Shown: positions 22,956-32,814 of the stretch, piece after piece
Position numbering within the stretch: position 1 is the stretch's first letter
Layout of the letters: every line of letters starts with the position of its first letter
Position numbers and translations under genes: made by a program
Notes under the pieces: generated by a model
Seen by the model: only the letters and a program-made list of their open reading frames with translations
What the model was told of the DNA's origin: nothing
The model's database searches: none
Assembly: GCA_963834535.1 (NCBI GenBank)
Contig: CAWICC010000005.1
Span: forward strand, 758,618-822,617
Direction of reading: 5' to 3'
DNA: 64,000 nt
Origin: an uncultured delta proteobacterium
GTDB taxonomy: Bacteria; Desulfobacterota; Binatia; Binatales; Binataceae

Positions 22956-23623
22956 ATTTTACGGGTCGATTTTCCGGCAAAGCAAAAGAGAAGAAAACGA
23001 TGCGTCGGGTAGTAGATCACTGCGGGAACAATAATCAGATACGCCAAAAGGTAGACCAACCCGGGCACTGCATGCTGTTCACGAAAGAAAAGTCCGCGCG
23101 CCCAGTTCACGTCGGACTGCGGACGCCACAGGTAATTGATCGGAACAACGATCCAGGTGGTGAGGGTCTGATACTTCCAGCCTCTCGGGTCATAGCCGAC
23201 GCGGTGAATAGCCCACAGTAATAGCGGGGGAGTGACTACGTGAAACAAGCTGAGCAATCGAATCGGCAACGGAACTTGAGGATCGAACATAAATTCCGTG
23301 CCGCCGATCAGATGTCGTCCGCTCAGCAAAGCGACCGCGAGATCGATGGTGAATAGAATCTGAAATACCAGAAGCCCGGTTGCCTGCCACGAAAATATCA
23401 GCGCACTTTCCAACCAAAGAGCGGCAACGATAAACAGATTCCCCAGATCGCAGAAAAAAAGAAAGTTTTGCGAACCATACTGCCGCCAATACAAAGGTAC
23501 CCACGCGATTACGCACGCGGTCCAGACCACTTTTAGCCAGAGCGGGATGCGCATGACAGCGTAATTGTATGCGGGAAAACGTCTCGAGGTACAAGCCCTA
23601 AAAGCCGCGTCTGGCAAGCCCAA
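22952..23623 (-). CDS. hypothetical polytopic membrane protein
   Basis: Intact ORF with about 6 hydrophobic helices. No family was recognised. The start may be the internal ATG at 23554 (MRIPLWLKVVW...). Its stop overlaps the convergent MscS stop. Confidence 0.5.
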   Translation of the reverse strand: MGLPDAAFRACTSRRFPAYNYAVMRIPLWLKVVWTACVIAWVPLYWRQYGSQNFLFFCDLGNLFIVAALWLESALIFSWQATGLLVFQILFTIDLAVALLSGRHLIGGTEFMFDPQVPLPIRLLSLFHVVTPPLLLWAIHRVGYDPRGWKYQTLTTWIVVPINYLWRPQSDVNWARGLFFREQHAVPGLVYLLAYLIIVPAVIYYPTHRFLLFCFAGKSTRKI

Positions 23624-23690
23624 AGCCGCTCCCCCGCAATTACCACCGTAACTTGCTGCGGCTTACGGGTGTACCTACGATGAATTCAAT

Positions 23691-25448
23691 ATGGGTTACC
23701 AAGCACTCCTTTTCTGTCCCGACGAAAAAACAGCTCGCACCGTAACGCAGGTTCTCAGCGAGTTGGACTTCGAAGTAGTTCCCTGCACTGAACCCTTCGC
23801 CGCAGTAAAGAAGTTGATGGGGGAGCACTTCGACGCGGTGGTGGTGGACTGCGACAACGAGCAGAATGCCACATTGCTCTTCAAGAGTGCCCGCAATTCG
23901 CCGAACAACCAGTCGGCACTGGCTGTAGCAGTCGTCGAAGGGCAAGCGGGGGTGGCAAAAGCTTTCCGAATCGGCGCAAACCTGGTTCTCACTAAGCCGA
24001 TTAACGTGGAGCAGGCAAAAGGTACGTTACGAGTTGCACGTGGGTTGTTGCGCAAGAACGAGGGCGCTAAACCAGCAGCGACAACTCCAAAGCCCGCAAC
24101 CTCCGGGCCTGCACCCGCAAAGCCGAGCTTGGTTCCGAATCCTGCTGTTCCGCGTGCGGCGTCAATCGTGAATCCGGTTCCCGCGACCAGCGCGCCTCCA
24201 CAGAAAGCGGCTCCGCAGCCGAGCTTCGCCGCATCCGCTTCCAGTGTTCTGGCTGCGTCAGGAGAATCGAAAGAATCTGTGGGCGCTGTACTCGAGCAAA
24301 CGACATCGCCGAGCATCTCGCCAATTGCAGCTGTTGAGGCGAATTCCAAGGTTGCATCCATTAATAAGGAAAGTTCGTTATCCTCGAATATGGTCTCGCC
24401 TGCGTCTACTGGACGCGCGGCGAGCGCAGCGGCGCCCGCTCGGGAAGTAGCCGGCATTGCCGCACCTGAGAAGCCTTCGACACCCGAGCCGGAAGTGGAG
24501 ACATCAGCCAGCAAAAGTGCAGTCGTGGAGAGTTCCCCGGAGACCGTTTCCCCTGCCCCCGCGTTCACCTTCGGCGGTGCGATCGAGAGTGGTACAAAAA
24601 CCACAAGCGGCGGAAGCAAGAAAGCTCTGCTGGCACTGGTTGCGATTGTGCTCATTGCGGCAGCGGTGTATGTGGGATGGACGCAGTTCTCTCATCCGAT
24701 CGGAGCTGCAAATAGTTCCGCACAAGTCTCTGCGAAGCCAGCGACCCCTGCGGCTCCACAAGTTACGCCGAGTACAGCATCAATCGCACCGGCCTCCGAT
24801 CAGCCTTTCGCAACTTCGGCACCCGACTCTCCGGTTTCGACTCATTCCACCGGATCGGTGAAACCTTCCGCGACGGCGCAAACCGAAGTTGCGACGAGCA
24901 ATGCAAAAGATCGCAAAGCCAGCGCCGCGGAGTCGTCCCGATCTGCCGTGGCCATCGTAGCCGAAAATAAAGCAACCGTGACGACGCCAGCGCCGCAGCC
25001 TATTGTTGTCAAGCCGAACGCTGCGGAGCCTGCCTTGGGAAAATCTTCGCTGACCGAAGCTCCTGCTCCGAGCATCAATGGCATCGTCCCGGCTGGGGGT
25101 GGCGGAACGCTGCCGAATCTTCTGGGAAATCCGAACAGCTCACCAACTCCCGTGCTGCAGACCTTGAACGTCTCGCAGGGAGTATCGCAAGGATTGGCGA
25201 TCAAAAAGACGCAGCCTTCTTATCCGGCAAACGCTTTGCGCATGGGAATTGAAGGCTCGGTTCAGCTCATGGCGACGATCTCGAAGAAAGGCGACATTTC
25301 AGCGGTGAACGTTCTCAGCGGAGACCCGAGTCTCGCCCACGCGGCCGTTGATGCGGTGAAGCAGTGGAAATACAAACCCTATCTGCTCGACGGCGTTCCG
25401 GTCGAAATTCAGACTCAGGTGACGGTGAACTTTAAGCTGCCGCGATAA
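23691..25448 (+). CDS. receiver(REC)-like domain fused to a TonB C-terminal domain
   Basis: Residues 1-120 are CheY-like (LLFCPDEK.., ..FDAVVVDCD.., ..LVLTKPI..). Next comes a ~300-aa Pro/Ala/Ser-rich low-complexity region, then one TM helix (ALLALVAIVLIAAAVYVGW). The C-terminus is TonB_C-like (..PSYPANALRMGIEGSVQLMATISKKGDISAVNVLSGDPSLAHAAVDAVKQWKYKPYLLDGVPVEIQTQVTVNFKL). Confidence 0.75.
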   Translation: MGYQALLFCPDEKTARTVTQVLSELDFEVVPCTEPFAAVKKLMGEHFDAVVVDCDNEQNATLLFKSARNSPNNQSALAVAVVEGQAGVAKAFRIGANLVLTKPINVEQAKGTLRVARGLLRKNEGAKPAATTPKPATSGPAPAKPSLVPNPAVPRAASIVNPVPATSAPPQKAAPQPSFAASASSVLAASGESKESVGAVLEQTTSPSISPIAAVEANSKVASINKESSLSSNMVSPASTGRAASAAAPAREVAGIAAPEKPSTPEPEVETSASKSAVVESSPETVSPAPAFTFGGAIESGTKTTSGGSKKALLALVAIVLIAAAVYVGWTQFSHPIGAANSSAQVSAKPATPAAPQVTPSTASIAPASDQPFATSAPDSPVSTHSTGSVKPSATAQTEVATSNAKDRKASAAESSRSAVAIVAENKATVTTPAPQPIVVKPNAAEPALGKSSLTEAPAPSINGIVPAGGGGTLPNLLGNPNSSPTPVLQTLNVSQGVSQGLAIKKTQPSYPANALRMGIEGSVQLMATISKKGDISAVNVLSGDPSLAHAAVDAVKQWKYKPYLLDGVPVEIQTQVTVNFKLPR

Positions 25449-25467
25449 GCTGCCAGCACTTCCTGGA

Positions 25468-28400
25468 CTAAAAACTCAGCTTCAATGAGAACTCGATCAC
25501 GCGCGGAGAACCCAGCGCAAAGACGCCGGAGCCGAGTCCCAGACGATTGCTGCTTGGCTGTCCTCCGGAGGTTCCATTGAGCGTTCCCGGTTCTCCGCTC
25601 AGGGTTCCGTTCAGCGGGTTGCCGGGGCCATCAAAATTCGACAGGTTGAATACGTTGAAGAAAGAAACTCCCGGCTGTACTTCGAAGGTCTCTTTGAATT
25701 TATAGATCCAGTTCAAGCTCACATCGAAGGCGCGCAACCATCCCATTCCGACTTGGTCGTGGGGAGCGGCCGGTACCACTTGCTGCACCCCGCCCAGGGA
25801 TGTTAACTGCCCTAAACTAAATAGCCCGCTGTTGATAAGCGTCTGGCCGGCAGGAGTGGCCTGCCCCGCGAAATTATGATTGTAATTGTTAATAACATTG
25901 TTGATGTTATAGCGCCCGACGCCATGCTCAAATGAACCGATGTTGGTTCCGGGAAGCACATCGCCGTTGCCACCGTTGGAAGCGAAGCTGCCGTCGCCGG
26001 TGCCGTCGCCCGTGACATCAGTAACGAAAATGCCGCCCGCATTTCCTGTTGGGTTCAGTGTAAGGGTAACCGGCAGCGGGCTGTAAAAATGCCCAATCAT
26101 ACCCAGCCGAAAGTGATACGGCAGATCCATCGTCCCGCCGAAAGAGATCTGATGCTCACGGTCAAGCCCATTCGGACCGATGAAGCTTTGGGGATTGTTG
26201 AAGTCGGCGGCGATATTTACGAAATCATTGTCGGCCACGGGAGCGATATAGCGCTGCAATTGATAAGAAGCCTGCAGATCAAAGTTTGCCACCGCGTTAA
26301 ACGGATGTTCCAGATGCTGCTTCAACGAAGCCTGCACCGCGGTGTTCTTCGCGTAACCGATGGGGAACAGCATCTGGTTGGCTCCCAGATTCTCGTTAAT
26401 GCCGGGAAGGCGTCCCGTGGCCGGCCAGGAGTATTGTTTGGTCCGCCGCACGTGAAATGCGGGCACTCCGCCCAGCGACGAGTACCCGGAATCGAGTCCC
26501 CCCGAAAGCGGAGTTCGATCGGCAGTAAACTGCTGATGGTTGCGAAGCTTGCAATAGTGGCGCATTTGATCGAGGCGCGATTGATGGCCCCGGCGGAAAA
26601 GCCTGCTGAGGCAACCAAGTTCTCGCGGAGGTCGCGGCAATGGCATTCTGTGCCGGCGAGATTGAAGAAACGCGCATCGCCGACGTGATTCGTATCAATC
26701 GCGAGCAGCGTGTGAGTCTCAATGTTGCGAAGATAATCGACTGTAAGCACCATCCCCGGACGGATCTCATGCTGAAGACCAACATTCATTTGTAGCGAGC
26801 GAGGGCTGACATAGTTCGGAGCTAGCAGAGCCGTACCGGTAGCATCTTCTCCGTCCGCCAGTGCGTTGCCGATATATGAAGGATTGCTGGCCGGCCCCGC
26901 CGCCAGAGTGGACGCTTGATACTCGATTGAAGTGCGGAAATCTTACTCGCGACACTTCCAATCGGCTGACCACAAAACGATGGCGTCTTTGTCACCGCCA
27001 TTCGGCAAAGAAAGTGTAGCCGGGTTGCCGTTGGAACAAACCGTGGGATTTGCCAAAAATAATCCCTTTTGGCAAACGAGCGGGCCGGTCGAATTCGATA
27101 TTGTTCCAGATCGAGTTCTCATAGAAAAGACCGATACCGGCGCGCAGCACGGTCTTACCCCTGCTGGAGGGATCCCAGGCGAGACCTATCTGCGGAGCAA
27201 AATTGCGGTTTGGCTGATTCACGCGATTGCCGAGCCCCGCGTAATACTGGTTGTCGAACTGGTACAAAGGTGAAATTGGTCCCAGGTCGCTATCCGTGCG
27301 TCCCGAATCCCGCACGTAGCGCAGGCCGTAGCGTCAGGGTGAAGTTGGGTTTTATCTTCCAGGCATCGCCAACATAGAACGAGATGCGATTATCCGGACC
27401 GCTGCCCCCTGCAGGAAATCCGAAGGCTGGTATCTCTGAGTCATAGCCCTGTCCGTTGCCTAATGACACGTTGTTCGCCGGGTAATTTAGCGGGTTACTT
27501 GCGCCGCCGGGGAGAGATAGGCAGAGGGCGTTGCAGTCCGAAATTCCTGCGCCCACAGCTGGTGCCAGAGACAGAAAGCTGGCGAACCCACCGCCGAAAA
27601 TGTGGTTGAACCCTGCACCGTAACGAAGAATGTGCGCTCCAAGCGCACGGCTGCCGTCATACTTGATCTGATGGTCGGACTGGTAGGTCTGTTGCGGCGC
27701 CAGAAAGCTGGGACCGGAACAGAAGAAATCCGCACCTGCAGTGAGACAATCGGGATCGCTGCCGATGGCTAACTCAATTCCTGGAAGCGGATTAAAGATG
27801 CTGGTTCCGGCGGTTGCATCCACAATTGCATTGCGGAATTTGATATAGCCGAAGCGAATGCTGTGCGTATAAGGACCGGTGTTGAAGTCCAGTCCCAGAG
27901 CATGAACCGGCGTGTGATTGACGTTGGCGAAGGGCTGAAACGAGTTGGGAAGGATAGCTGAAACGTCCCGATCCTGATCGTAAGAGAAGCGATAGAAAAA
28001 CTTATAGTTGCTGTTGATCTGCCAATCGATGCGTCCAATGCCTTCCACCTCATGGAAGGGTGAGCTATAGTTGCCAACCAGCGCGGCAAAGGGACCGCCC
28101 GGAAGGACTGGATCGATCAAATCTTGCTTGGTCCGTTCCACGTCCAAGAAGAAAAACAATTTATCTTTCAGAATCGGGCCGCCGAAATTGCCGCCGAACT
28201 GATTGCGCTGAAAATAATTGTCGCTGCCGCCGGGTAGATTCGCGTCGAAAGTCTGATCGCGGAAATAGTAGTACCCCTCGCCATGATATTTATTCGTTCC
28301 TGATTTCGTGGTCACATTCACGGAACCGGAAGAAGTGAGCTCGGTGGAGAGATCGAGCGAAGACTGCTGGATCTGAAATTCCTGAATGCCGCTGGCCGGA

Positions 28401-29068
28401 ACATTCTGCGTGGTGGTGCCGACAGTTTCATCGCTGATGTCGAGTCCGTCGACTTCGATTCGAGCGGTACGGCCGAAGCGGCCACCGAATGAAATGGAAG
28501 AGAAGCCATTCTTGGTGGGGTCAAAGTTTCCCCCGTCCTGAATCTGCACGCCCGGCTCCAGTTGCGCGAGATCGAGAAAATTCCGGCCGTTGATGGGCAG
28601 GTTCTCGATCTGCTGCGAGGTCAGCACACCTTGCACGGTGGCCTGCTGCGTGTTTACGGCAACCACCTCTGCCTGCACCTGGACCACCTGCGTGCTCTCG
28701 CCAAGCTGCAGTTTTACATTTCCAGAAGAAGTCACGCCCACTTGCACCGTCACTGGAACCTCGGACGTTTTGAATCCTTGCGCTTCGACTCGCAATGTGT
28801 AATCGCCCGGAGTTAACGCGCCTGAGGCATAGGCCCCCGCGGACGTCGATTTCGCGTTGATTACACGTCCCGTGCCCTTATTGACGATGGAGATCTTTGC
28901 GCCGCTCACTACGGCGCCCGAGGGATCTGTGATCGTACCCTGAATGCTACCGGTGGAAATCGTGGTTTGAGCGAACAACGTGACAGAGCACAGCGCGACG
29001 CACAACAGAGAAACAGCAACAACGCAACTCCGCGGCACGCGCTGGAGCAAAGCTCTGACCAACGACAT
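25468..29068 (-). pseudogene. TonB-dependent receptor with carboxypeptidase-regulatory-like N-domain (~1200 aa), multiply frameshifted
   Basis: The N-terminal 592-aa ORF (27290..29068) has a signal peptide, a CarboxypepD_reg-like domain (GSIQGTITDPSGAVVSGAKISIVNKGTG..YTLRVEAQGFK) and a plug region (LPINGRNFLDLAQLEPGV..). The continuation is spread over ORFs 26992..27315, 26322..26789 and 25468..26646, ending ..IEFSLKLSF (terminal Phe). At least 4-5 frame changes are needed between about 27320 and 26600. Confidence 0.8.
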
Positions 29069-29274
29069 CGGGCACCATCCTTATGGTTCAATCTATCGAT
29101 TGGTTCGTCCAGCGACGACGCTAAACCAAACTTAGATTTCGGGCTTAAAATCGGTAACCAATTGTAAACGGTTTTCGCCTGCCTGAGAGGTGGAGGCAGC
29201 TTCGTAGGATGCAAGCCGGCTCGCACCGGGTTGGGTCGGCATTCAAAAGATGAGATCAGCGGAAATAATGCAAA

Positions 29275-30918
29275 TCAGCTCGCGGCAATTACTTCGTAGG
29301 GCCGCATCATTTCGTTATCCTCATGTTCGAGGATGTGGCAGTGCCACACGTAGCGTCCGGTAAATCCTTCGAAAGGCACGATGATCCGGGTAACCATTTT
29401 CGAGTGCGCTCGCACTGTATCTTTCCACCCCGCCTCGTTTGGATCGGGCGGTTCCGGCGGCCCAATAAAGTGTAATTCCCGCTTGGTTTGATATAGCCAG
29501 GGAACGTAGGGCTGGCGGTCAAGGATTTGAAAGCGCACCAGATGCAGATGAATGGGATGAGAATCGTTGGTGGGATTGATTAACGACCAGATTTCAGTCG
29601 AGCCCAGCACCGGCTTTTCTGTGATCGGCATTTTCCAGTGGGCTGCGTTCAAAAGCAACATCACGGGATTGCCAGCTTTGTTTACGTATTCATTGAGCGT
29701 CAGCAAGCGGGTTTGAACCGCCCTTGATTCCGGGATCTTGGTCACTGGCCGCAAAGCCGAGGGTAGCGAGCTCGTGTCAGTCACCTTCTGCGACGAAACG
29801 CGGAATTGCATCACAATGAAAGCATCGCTCTTAAGCACGACCTGCGCCCCGCGATGCTGGCTGAAGTCGATAACCAGATCTGCCCGCTCGGCCGGCGCGA
29901 TTTCAAGGTTGGTAAGGGGGACGGGCGCGGACAACAATCCCTGATCGGTCCCGATTTGATGAAAAGGCACCTCGTTATGATTGGCGGCTGCACTTTCGAC
30001 GAACGATAAATTGTAGAAGCGGGCGTTCGATCCGTTCAGAACTCGAAACCGGTATTTTCTAGGCTCGACATCGAGATAGGGAAAGAGCTTTCCATTGACG
30101 AGAATCGCGTTGCCAAAAATCTCCGGAACCCAGGGCGATTCGGGATCGTGCGAAATGGAATATAAAAGTTGGCCATCTCGCGTGAACAGGCGATCATAGA
30201 GAATCAGCGGAACCTCGTATTTGCCCTTAGGCAGATTGAGCCCGTCCTCCACGCTGTCTCGAATGAAAAAAGTTCCCAATAATCCTGCGTAAACATTGAG
30301 GCGGTTAATCCCCAGGGCGTGGTCGTGATACCAGAGCATGGCCGCATCCTGCTGGTTCGGATAGTAGTAGAGCGAAGATTTTCCTGGCACAATCCAATCT
30401 TCAGGATACCCATCGCTCTCCGGTGCGGTTTTCGCCCCATGCAAGTGCACCACGGTGCGGACCGCAGGTTTATCGGCTTCCGCCCCGTGAATCGTGCGGT
30501 CAATCGGCAGGAAATGGTCGTTGGGAAGAGCATTCACCCATTCCACCAGTAGAGGTTCGCCGGAGCGGGTTTCAAATGTCGGACCCGGTATGGAAGATCC
30601 AAACGTCCAGAACCTGGTAGGCGGTAGATCGCGGTGAACCTTGCTGTCGACCACCTGGGCCGGTATGCGATAAAACGGGACCCTTAACTTTGGATCGGTC
30701 GGACTCGGCCGCCGCAACTGACTCTTTGCGATGTCGGGAATCGGAAGTGGATCGACGAACTGCGCGAGTGTGTTGACGTCGAGCGCCGCAGGCATAATCG
30801 CCTCGGAGTGCGACATCGCATTCAGTAAGCGGCTCTTGCTGGCCGCCAATGTTGTGGCCAGCAGGCTCGATCGTTGCAGAAAATGTCGCCGAGTAATCAC
30901 CGCGCACCTTTCGGGCAA
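29275..30918 (-). CDS. multicopper oxidase (CotA/bilirubin-oxidase-like) with Tat signal
   Basis: Intact 547-aa ORF with a Tat motif (ITRRHFLQRSSLLATTLAAS). The copper-binding motifs are VVHLHG, WYHDH, HPIHLHLV and WHCHILEHEDNEMM. Confidence 0.9.
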   Translation of the reverse strand: MPERCAVITRRHFLQRSSLLATTLAASKSRLLNAMSHSEAIMPAALDVNTLAQFVDPLPIPDIAKSQLRRPSPTDPKLRVPFYRIPAQVVDSKVHRDLPPTRFWTFGSSIPGPTFETRSGEPLLVEWVNALPNDHFLPIDRTIHGAEADKPAVRTVVHLHGAKTAPESDGYPEDWIVPGKSSLYYYPNQQDAAMLWYHDHALGINRLNVYAGLLGTFFIRDSVEDGLNLPKGKYEVPLILYDRLFTRDGQLLYSISHDPESPWVPEIFGNAILVNGKLFPYLDVEPRKYRFRVLNGSNARFYNLSFVESAAANHNEVPFHQIGTDQGLLSAPVPLTNLEIAPAERADLVIDFSQHRGAQVVLKSDAFIVMQFRVSSQKVTDTSSLPSALRPVTKIPESRAVQTRLLTLNEYVNKAGNPVMLLLNAAHWKMPITEKPVLGSTEIWSLINPTNDSHPIHLHLVRFQILDRQPYVPWLYQTKRELHFIGPPEPPDPNEAGWKDTVRAHSKMVTRIIVPFEGFTGRYVWHCHILEHEDNEMMRPYEVIAAS

Positions 30919-31020
30919 GCATATAACAACAGCAAGGCAGGTAGGGGCTGAATCTCCATACCTGCCTTGCCGCTTTTTGTATCGCGATTTACGGACAAAC
31001 GCATCCCTAAGGACGCGTGT

Positions 31021-32628
31021 TTAGTTGAGGTTCACGGGCTGACCCGTTTTCTCGTCAAGAATGAACAAGTCGTTGGTCACTGTCTGTCTAAAGTCAAACA
31101 ACGAGCTGATGGAGTTTGCGATTGCATCGTATGAACCTTGGCCAATCCGCTGTCCGTTCAGCCAGTTGTCCTCGATGAAACGAATAACCGAGGTCTGATC
31201 GGTGACCGAGCTGTCCACGAAGTTGTGCCTTGACCAAGGAGAGATGACCACAAGCGGTTGCCGCGGACCATAACCGCAGCGGCCCTGAGCGTGCTTTGTA
31301 GCGGGATTCACACCGGGCAGGGCCGTTACGCCGCTTCCGCAGCTTCCCGGACCCGTCAGAGCATCCGCCGCGCTCTTCGAACCATTTACGATCTGGCCGA
31401 GTTGATGATCGTACCATCCATCGGAATCGTCATAGAGCACGACCAACGCGGTGTTGGCCCACTCTGGCTGTCCCTGCAGGAAGTTTGCCACTTTGACCAC
31501 GAATGCTTGTTCATCCAGAGGATCGGAATTCCCTGGATGGGCGTCCTGAAGTCTAATAGCTTTCAGGAAACTTACCGCCGGGAAATTGCCAGCCGAAACT
31601 GCCGCAAAGAAATCATCGATGTCATAGTTGTGATTGGCTGGATCGCCCGAGTAACCAATCGTCTTTACCGACTTGGGGCGTGCATGTGTGAGATTTGCGG
31701 TGGAAGGGTAATACTGGAACGCCGTGTGATGTGGAGAATAATCGGTCTGGGTACCAATAGCTGGAACGATTGTCGAGGTGGACGAGCGATCGCAACCCGT
31801 GCTGCCGTTCGGATTGACGATGTTCAGGTTGAAACCTCCTGCGAACCATCCCCACGTGATATTAGCCGCGTTGAGCAGGTCGCCGATGTTCTTTCCCGCC
31901 ATCTGCACCTGTTCGCTGCCGGAGCACACATCACCGAAAGGATCAGGATCACCAATCTCAGTGTACCCGCCGTTCCCGTCACCTACCAGCTCGCCGGTGC
32001 CACCGATGTGTTTTGCGACCCCGTTGGTCTGACCTGAAATGAGATTGATGGCGCCCACCGTGGACGGGCCGAAAGTGGTGCTGTAAGAGTTGTCACTCAT
32101 CGCGTAGTGCTGAGCATAGTTCCACAATGCAGTGACCGTGTTGCCATCGAAGTATCCCATCACCAGGCCGGTTGTCAGCACGGTATCAGGCGGAGCGTTA
32201 GGCGGAGGACCTGCGGTGCCTGTATTGGCGGGAAACAAATCCATCGCGCCGCCATCGAAGGCCAACTGCTCTGGCGTGTAATCATGATCCATGTCTTGGG
32301 TGTTTGCCTGCGAGCGATCTAAGCGGAAAGGATTCGCCGCGCCGCTGCCATTCAGAGGATTGAGATTGGGATTGTTGTTCAGGAGCGCATTGCTCAAGCC
32401 GTTCACGGTCGGTGTACCCGGATGCGCGTAAAAATGCGGCTCGCCCGGAGGATTCAAAGCGTTTGGATACGTGCCGAAATAGTGATCGAAAGAGCGATTC
32501 TCCCCGAAAATGATCACAATGTGTTTGATTGGCGTGGCTGTCTTGACGGTGGCGGCGCTTGCTACCGGTGTCCAAATTGGCCCGGTAATCATGGCCGCGA
32601 CAAGGCATACTGACAGAAATTGACGCAT
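31021..32628 (-). CDS. phosphoesterase family protein (AcpA acid phosphatase / non-haemolytic phospholipase C type)
   Basis: Intact 535-aa ORF with a signal peptide. It has the characteristic IKHIVIIFGENRSFDHYFGTYP motif near the N-terminus. Confidence 0.8.
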   Translation of the reverse strand: MRQFLSVCLVAAMITGPIWTPVASAATVKTATPIKHIVIIFGENRSFDHYFGTYPNALNPPGEPHFYAHPGTPTVNGLSNALLNNNPNLNPLNGSGAANPFRLDRSQANTQDMDHDYTPEQLAFDGGAMDLFPANTGTAGPPPNAPPDTVLTTGLVMGYFDGNTVTALWNYAQHYAMSDNSYSTTFGPSTVGAINLISGQTNGVAKHIGGTGELVGDGNGGYTEIGDPDPFGDVCSGSEQVQMAGKNIGDLLNAANITWGWFAGGFNLNIVNPNGSTGCDRSSTSTIVPAIGTQTDYSPHHTAFQYYPSTANLTHARPKSVKTIGYSGDPANHNYDIDDFFAAVSAGNFPAVSFLKAIRLQDAHPGNSDPLDEQAFVVKVANFLQGQPEWANTALVVLYDDSDGWYDHQLGQIVNGSKSAADALTGPGSCGSGVTALPGVNPATKHAQGRCGYGPRQPLVVISPWSRHNFVDSSVTDQTSVIRFIEDNWLNGQRIGQGSYDAIANSISSLFDFRQTVTNDLFILDEKTGQPVNLN

Positions 32629-32814
32629 AAGCTTTTTCCTTTCCCAATGGTAGGTGAGGGATGTTGCAGTCCTGGCGATGCTAGAGCAGGAATGTTACGG
32701 TGAGATTAAAAAAATGTTAAAAGGCTGACAGGATGTAAGACGAGCCGGTGACGTCGGTCGACCTTGAAGGGTTTTCGATTTTCTCAGTGCAGAATTCCAG
32801 CAAATATTGTTCCG

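Noticed and set aside
23696-24655. 319-aa minus-strand ORF (similar cases: 33475..34266 +, 42480..43202 -, 19662..20555 -, 7925..8845 +, 62720..63301 +)
   Set aside because: All of these are antisense to well-supported genes (the REC-TonB fusion, the kinase, the beta-propeller, lpdA, LacI and flgG). They have biased low-complexity composition and no ribosome-binding sites.
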